Below, piece after piece: positions 59,792-64,000 of a stretch of 64,000 bases of DNA (positions are counted from its first letter, which is position 1; each line of letters opens with the position of its first letter). The notes under the pieces are model-generated. The model was not told the origin of the DNA and searched no databases. It saw only the letters and a list, made by a program, of their open reading frames with translations. The stretch lies in the UHGV virus genome UHGV-1378516; one strand, given 5' to 3'. Made by a program: the position numbers and the translations under genes. The DNA is from a virus.

Positions 59792-61936
59792 TTACATAGA
59801 AACTCTGTCACGAATCTCAGCGATTTTTGCATCGTTCATTCGGGATTCACCTTTAATCTTAGTCCATCCAAGATACCCACACACTCTGTTAATCACAGAG
59901 ATATCATGTGAGTGACAAACTTCACACTCTTCAACATCTGATTTTGGTCTGTTACCACAATGCTCACAGATTGCTAAGTCAAAGTTAAGTCCCTGATAGA
60001 AACCTTTCAACATACCTCTGGTAATACAACTTTTAAGTGCTGATAAGTTTTCTGGGTTAGCTACTCTTACATACTGGATTCTACCGCCTCTACAGATATG
60101 GAAGTATGGCTCTTCTAAGTCCTGCTTCTCAAATGGCGAGATGTCTGCTGCAACATTCATATGGAAACTGTTTGTAAAGTATTCCTTATCGGAAACACCT
60201 TTGATAACCCCAAACATATCTCTGAACTGTTTTAGCTGAGTCCCACATAGTGATTCTGCTGGAGTACCATAGACGGCATATAAGAAGCCATCTTCATTTT
60301 TAAACTCTTCGGTTTTCATGTTGATGTATGCCAGAACATCATATGCAAAACTATAGCTTCCAACTTCATGAAGTCGTTTACCTTCAGCAAGAACAGACAA
60401 CTCATCAAGCGCAGTAACACCAAAAGAAGCTGTGAAGGACTTCACAATATCCCAACCAACCTTGTCAGTAGGTTTCTTAGTTCCTTTGTACAGACCACCT
60501 TGTGTGAATGCAAGAGGGTTAGAACTTGCTGGCATATTAGCAATCATTTCGTAGCGTTTCTTATGGAAACTACGAATCATCTCTAGGTACTTATCAAGCT
60601 CTTTCCAGAAATCTAAACCATTCTCTTTAGAATACTGGTAAATCATTGGTAAGTTCAAAGATACAGCACCAATGTTAGCACGACCAACGTAGAACTCTTC
60701 TCCACCCTCATTAAGATATGGAGATAAGAAAGCTCTACAACCCATCGGTGAAATTACCTTACCAGAACGCTCAAAAGCCTCTGCTACAGCACCATGACCA
60801 GACACACTTAAGAAATCTGGGTACATTGCTTTAGAGCAACACTCAATAGCTTTACTGTACAGGTGACCTTGACAGATATTTTCATCATGTCTCTTCTGGT
60901 CATAAATATAAACCAGTTTAGGGAATACAACAGGTTTTTTGCTCTTGCCTTGTCCATTCATACGAACATCTAGGAGAGTACTTGCAATCATGTATTGTAG
61001 TCGATTATCCTCATTAGACATATCTGAGTCAAGTAAACCAAATGTTAAAGTTGTGAATGCAAAATCACCACGGCTACAAGGTACGGTATTTAGTTTCATC
61101 TCAAGTGACTGAAAACCTTGAGTCAGTTCAATTTGTAACTGCTCCATTACATAATTGTGGTAATGCTCTTTAGGAATACCATAAGATGATGCTTTCTCAG
61201 CATGATAGCGTAGAGACTTCTTAGCATACGGTACAAGTACCTTATCAATCTCTGCTAAAGTAAAACCACCAAATTGCTGTGCAGTTGCTGAAAGTACTAC
61301 GTCACCAATAACCTGCAACGCTGACAGTACAGATTTAGGTTCACAGTACTCAATGCCGGACATTTCAAAGCCACCTTTTAGTACTTTACCAATGTCAAAC
61401 AGGCAACAGTTAATACCACCAAAAATCAGGTCTCTCAAATCGTGGATATAGATAAAGCCTTTCTCAATGGCTTCAAGTTCCTCTGGTGTTAGATGATACT
61501 GTTTAAAGATTTCTTTAGTCAGGTAACCACGGATAATTGAACCTTTCGTAGAAATTAAACTGCTGTCAAAGTTAGCATTTTCACGGTCACCTAAGAAGAG
61601 TGTGTCTCTAGTCTTTTGGTAAAGTTCATCCCAATTTTGAGCAACCTCTTTACGGTAATTTCTGTATGTTGAGTAAGACTCGTAAATCTCGTGATTAACT
61701 TCTGCCAAAGCACCCTCAACAATACTGTGAATATCATTTACTGAAATGAGCAAATTATTCTGCTTAGTGGACTTTACCAGAATCCTCATGAATGCTGACT
61801 CAAGAGCTTGGGTAACATCTGGTGGCAGTTCTTTATATCCAACCCTGTTAGCTGACTTTGTTACTGCCGCTAAAACTTTTTTGATATCAGGTTCTTCAAG
61901 TGAGCCATTCTTTTTAATAATCTGTACTTTGTTCAT
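59792..61936 (-). CDS. nrdD: anaerobic ribonucleoside-triphosphate reductase
   Basis: 714 aa; C-terminal glycyl-radical motif ..RVCGYLG.. and Zn-ribbon cysteines ..CEHCG..CEVCHS.. Confidence 0.85.
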   Translation of the reverse strand: MNKVQIIKKNGSLEEPDIKKVLAAVTKSANRVGYKELPPDVTQALESAFMRILVKSTKQNNLLISVNDIHSIVEGALAEVNHEIYESYSTYRNYRKEVAQNWDELYQKTRDTLFLGDRENANFDSSLISTKGSIIRGYLTKEIFKQYHLTPEELEAIEKGFIYIHDLRDLIFGGINCCLFDIGKVLKGGFEMSGIEYCEPKSVLSALQVIGDVVLSATAQQFGGFTLAEIDKVLVPYAKKSLRYHAEKASSYGIPKEHYHNYVMEQLQIELTQGFQSLEMKLNTVPCSRGDFAFTTLTFGLLDSDMSNEDNRLQYMIASTLLDVRMNGQGKSKKPVVFPKLVYIYDQKRHDENICQGHLYSKAIECCSKAMYPDFLSVSGHGAVAEAFERSGKVISPMGCRAFLSPYLNEGGEEFYVGRANIGAVSLNLPMIYQYSKENGLDFWKELDKYLEMIRSFHKKRYEMIANMPASSNPLAFTQGGLYKGTKKPTDKVGWDIVKSFTASFGVTALDELSVLAEGKRLHEVGSYSFAYDVLAYINMKTEEFKNEDGFLYAVYGTPAESLCGTQLKQFRDMFGVIKGVSDKEYFTNSFHMNVAADISPFEKQDLEEPYFHICRGGRIQYVRVANPENLSALKSCITRGMLKGFYQGLNFDLAICEHCGNRPKSDVEECEVCHSHDISVINRVCGYLGWTKIKGESRMNDAKIAEIRDRVSM

Positions 61937-61955
61937 TATTGCCCCTTTACATGCT

Positions 61956-61976
61956 AAAAAGGTCTCCGAAGAGACC
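61956..61976 (-). terminator. rho-independent terminator upstream of nrdD
   Basis: Minus-sense GGUCUC-UUCG-GAGACC + U5. Confidence 0.6.
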
Positions 61977-61984
61977 CTTTCATT

Positions 61985-62191
61985 TTAAATCTTTTTAGAA
62001 AACTTCGAAACGAGTTTTCTTAGTTTTTCAGTGATGCCTAACTGTATCTCTAATATTTCAAAGATAACCCATAGTAACATGGCCCCAAACAATGAACCTT
62101 GTTCAAAATCAGTAAATAGGTTAACAATCAGCATACCAATCACAATAGCTGGTGCATCAACAACCAAACCTTCCCAAATGCGTTTAAGCAT
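61985..62191 (-). CDS. hypothetical small membrane protein
   Basis: 68 aa; followed by terminator. Confidence 0.4.
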   Translation of the reverse strand: MLKRIWEGLVVDAPAIVIGMLIVNLFTDFEQGSLFGAMLLWVIFEILEIQLGITEKLRKLVSKFSKKI

Positions 62192-62426
62192 TATTCACCT
62201 CTGCCATAAAATTCTGTAGCGTCCCAACAGGCTTTAGGTTTTGTCCATCAGTTTTCATGATGAATGGCATCTGACGAACTGGCATCTGTGCAATATCCAT
62301 CAGGTCTGACAGTTCATAATCCTGCCCTAACATTCTCACAACATGGTCAATACCACGAGCTTTTGCAAAATTCTTTGCAGTCTCACACTGAGGGCATCCA
62401 GTTTTGGAGTAAATCACATAAGTCAT
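62184..62426 (-). CDS. glutaredoxin/NrdH-like redoxin
   Basis: 80 aa; CPQC active-site motif near N-terminus. Confidence 0.7.
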   Translation of the reverse strand: MTYVIYSKTGCPQCETAKNFAKARGIDHVVRMLGQDYELSDLMDIAQMPVRQMPFIMKTDGQNLKPVGTLQNFMAEVNNA

Positions 62427-63499
62427 TAAGGAACCTCTAAAAATCCACTATTCAAATCATCTACAACAGTATTCAACAGGTACGCACCGTTCTGTTGCTC
62501 CTGATTAGCATTCTGCTCTTTATCAATTTCCATCTTCTTAATCATATACTTCAAAGGTGGTTCTTTAGGAGCTACAAAATCTCTGGGAATGCCAAACATA
62601 TCATACAGTGGGGCAGCATTATAGTAAACCCACTCATGAAGAAGTTTTGTATTTAAGCCAACTACAGCACGTCCTTCGGAGAAGATATAATACGACCATT
62701 TCTCTTCACTTTCAACTACTTCATCTAAGATTACTTTAATCTCTGGAAGAATTTGTTGAAAAGCTTTCTGCCACTCATCATCTCTTAAAGTTTCTTTTAA
62801 AACTTCAATATCAATTTTGGTGTGAAGGATTTCATCAAGCATAATCTTCTGGACAGCTTGAGCAATACCCTGAAATTTATCCTGAGCATCAAGTGCAAAG
62901 GTACATGCAAAAGATGCCATGAAGGAAATACCTTCAAGTGCAGTCACTGCAAACAGCCCTTTCAGAATCACTTTATGGAAGTGTAAAGGGTCTTTGTCCA
63001 GAAGTGAATCACGGACATAACTCAGGCGATAGTTTATACCTTCATCCAGTAATTCTTCAAGAACACGATTCACAGTTTTTAATCGGTCTTGTACAGCAAC
63101 ATTCTGGTTAATCTCATCTAAGATTGTTTCAGGGTTTTTAATACATTGCCTTACAATCTCTGAGTAAGTAAGAGCATGTAGGTTTTCAATCTCAGACTGC
63201 TTCATAATTGCAGTTGCATAGATGTCATCAGAGATGAATGGTGCAAAGGCGAATGCCAAGCTCTTAGCAACTTGGGTATCTGCTTCCCACTGCCACTTAA
63301 GAATCTCAAGCATTACACCTGACATTGATGCTGGCACACTCTCAAAATCAAGACGTGATTGTTCAAAAGGAAACTCATCTTCTGACCAGTCTTGCGCTTT
63401 TTGTTGTTTATATAGCTCAAAGATTTTTGGGTAGTGTTTATTAAGTGAGTCAAATGTCTTTCTCTCACCACCTAAAAAGATTGGGTGTTGGTTAATCAT
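62426..63499 (-). CDS. nrdB: ribonucleotide reductase class Ia small subunit
   Basis: Track ORF 62426..63559 trimmed to ATG at 63499 (SD AGGAGA); di-iron ligand region ..DEILH.. and ..LEGISF.. Confidence 0.8.
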   Translation of the reverse strand: MINQHPIFLGGERKTFDSLNKHYPKIFELYKQQKAQDWSEDEFPFEQSRLDFESVPASMSGVMLEILKWQWEADTQVAKSLAFAFAPFISDDIYATAIMKQSEIENLHALTYSEIVRQCIKNPETILDEINQNVAVQDRLKTVNRVLEELLDEGINYRLSYVRDSLLDKDPLHFHKVILKGLFAVTALEGISFMASFACTFALDAQDKFQGIAQAVQKIMLDEILHTKIDIEVLKETLRDDEWQKAFQQILPEIKVILDEVVESEEKWSYYIFSEGRAVVGLNTKLLHEWVYYNAAPLYDMFGIPRDFVAPKEPPLKYMIKKMEIDKEQNANQEQQNGAYLLNTVVDDLNSGFLEVP

Positions 63500-63753
63500 A
63501 GTGTGATTTCTCCTTTCTTTATCATCTCTAAGGCTTGTTTTCTGTCTAAAACTTCCCAATTTTCTTTGTTAAACATGTCATAAGGTCTTGCATATATTTT
63601 ACCATCTGCTGTAGAGATGTAAGAGACACCAGCGACCCATGAGTCATCATTCTGTTTTATCATCATATATGTGCTACTCACATAGTACAGCGTTTTCCGA
63701 GGTTTGTGGAGCAAGTATATAGGCCACTCGTGATTTGCTATTAAATCTTTCAT
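63496..63753 (-). CDS. hypothetical protein between nrdA and nrdB
   Basis: Track ORF 63496..63837 overlaps NrdA 3' end; trimmed to internal ATG at 63753 with SD GGAGAG. Confidence 0.4.
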   Translation of the reverse strand: MKDLIANHEWPIYLLHKPRKTLYYVSSTYMMIKQNDDSWVAGVSYISTADGKIYARPYDMFNKENWEVLDRKQALEMIKKGEITL

Positions 63754-63808
63754 AGTCTCTCCAAAGTTAATTTTAGAGGGTCTTTTACGACCCTCATAGT
63801 TATTAAAA

Positions 63809-64000
63809 CTAAACACCACAACCCTCGCAATAAGCATCTTGCAGTGCAGATTTACCTACACCAATGCGACTGTTAAGGTAGTACATGGTTTTCATACCTA
63901 CCGAGTTGGCATAAATCATGTACTTCAAAGCTTGAGCCAATGATACCTTCTTAGCTTTTGCGTAGTCAACATAGAAATCTGAAGAGATAGCTTGACCAGT
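63809..64000 (-). CDS. nrdA: ribonucleotide reductase class Ia large subunit, 3' end only
   Basis: Hand translation of last codons: ..MKTMYYLNSRIGVGKSALQDAYCEGCGV*; Tyr-Tyr pair and C-terminal Cys pair match NrdA tail; stop at 63809-63811. Confidence 0.7.
   Translation of the reverse strand, partial: TGQAISSDFYVDYAKAKKVSLAQALKYMIYANSVGMKTMYYLNSRIGVGKSALQDAYCEGCGV

Noticed and set aside
59792-63559. Group I intron or intein interrupting nrdB or nrdD, as in T4
   Set aside because: Both genes read as single uninterrupted frames of normal length with catalytic motifs in order.

Overview
The window is about 64 kb of a large virulent tailed dsDNA phage genome, AT-rich and densely packed; no rRNA, CRISPR array, integrase or transposase was seen. 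Gene content (contractile-tail structural module, about 27 tRNAs, NrdAB plus NrdDG, rIIA/rIIB-like pair, NAMPT-like plus PRPP-synthetase-like pair) resembles Felix O1-like myoviruses, but that is an inference from memory, not a search result. Layout: (1) 1-23128, minus-strand late module (terminase, portal, protease/scaffold, capsid, sheath, tube, tape measure, baseplate, two His-rich tail fibres); (2) 23351-28562, minus-strand tRNA array with embedded ORFs, sigma70-like promoters, terminators and structured spacers, preceded by a vWA/MIDAS protein; (3) 30846-39248, plus-strand small-gene block with T4-type endolysin and an Ig-like repeat protein; (4) 39291-40876, ORF-free repeat-dense region between convergent units; (5) 40938-45105, ten small minus-strand ORFs each behind one of two conserved promoter cassettes; (6) 45106-45628, tandem direct repeats and a G-tract; (7) 45629-64000, minus-strand metabolism/accessory genes (macro domain, HAD hydrolase, lytic transglycosylase-like, rII-like pair, NAD-salvage pair, HNH endonuclease, NrdG, NrdD, glutaredoxin, NrdB, NrdA 3' end). 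Protein calls rest on motifs read by eye from the ORF-track translations; coordinates of non-ORF features are hand-indexed and may be off by a few nt. The most promising candidates for something new are the operator-bearing promoter cassettes in the small-ORF cluster, the ORF-free iteron-like region, the structured tRNA-array spacers next to the vWA protein, and the NAD-reconstitution pair.
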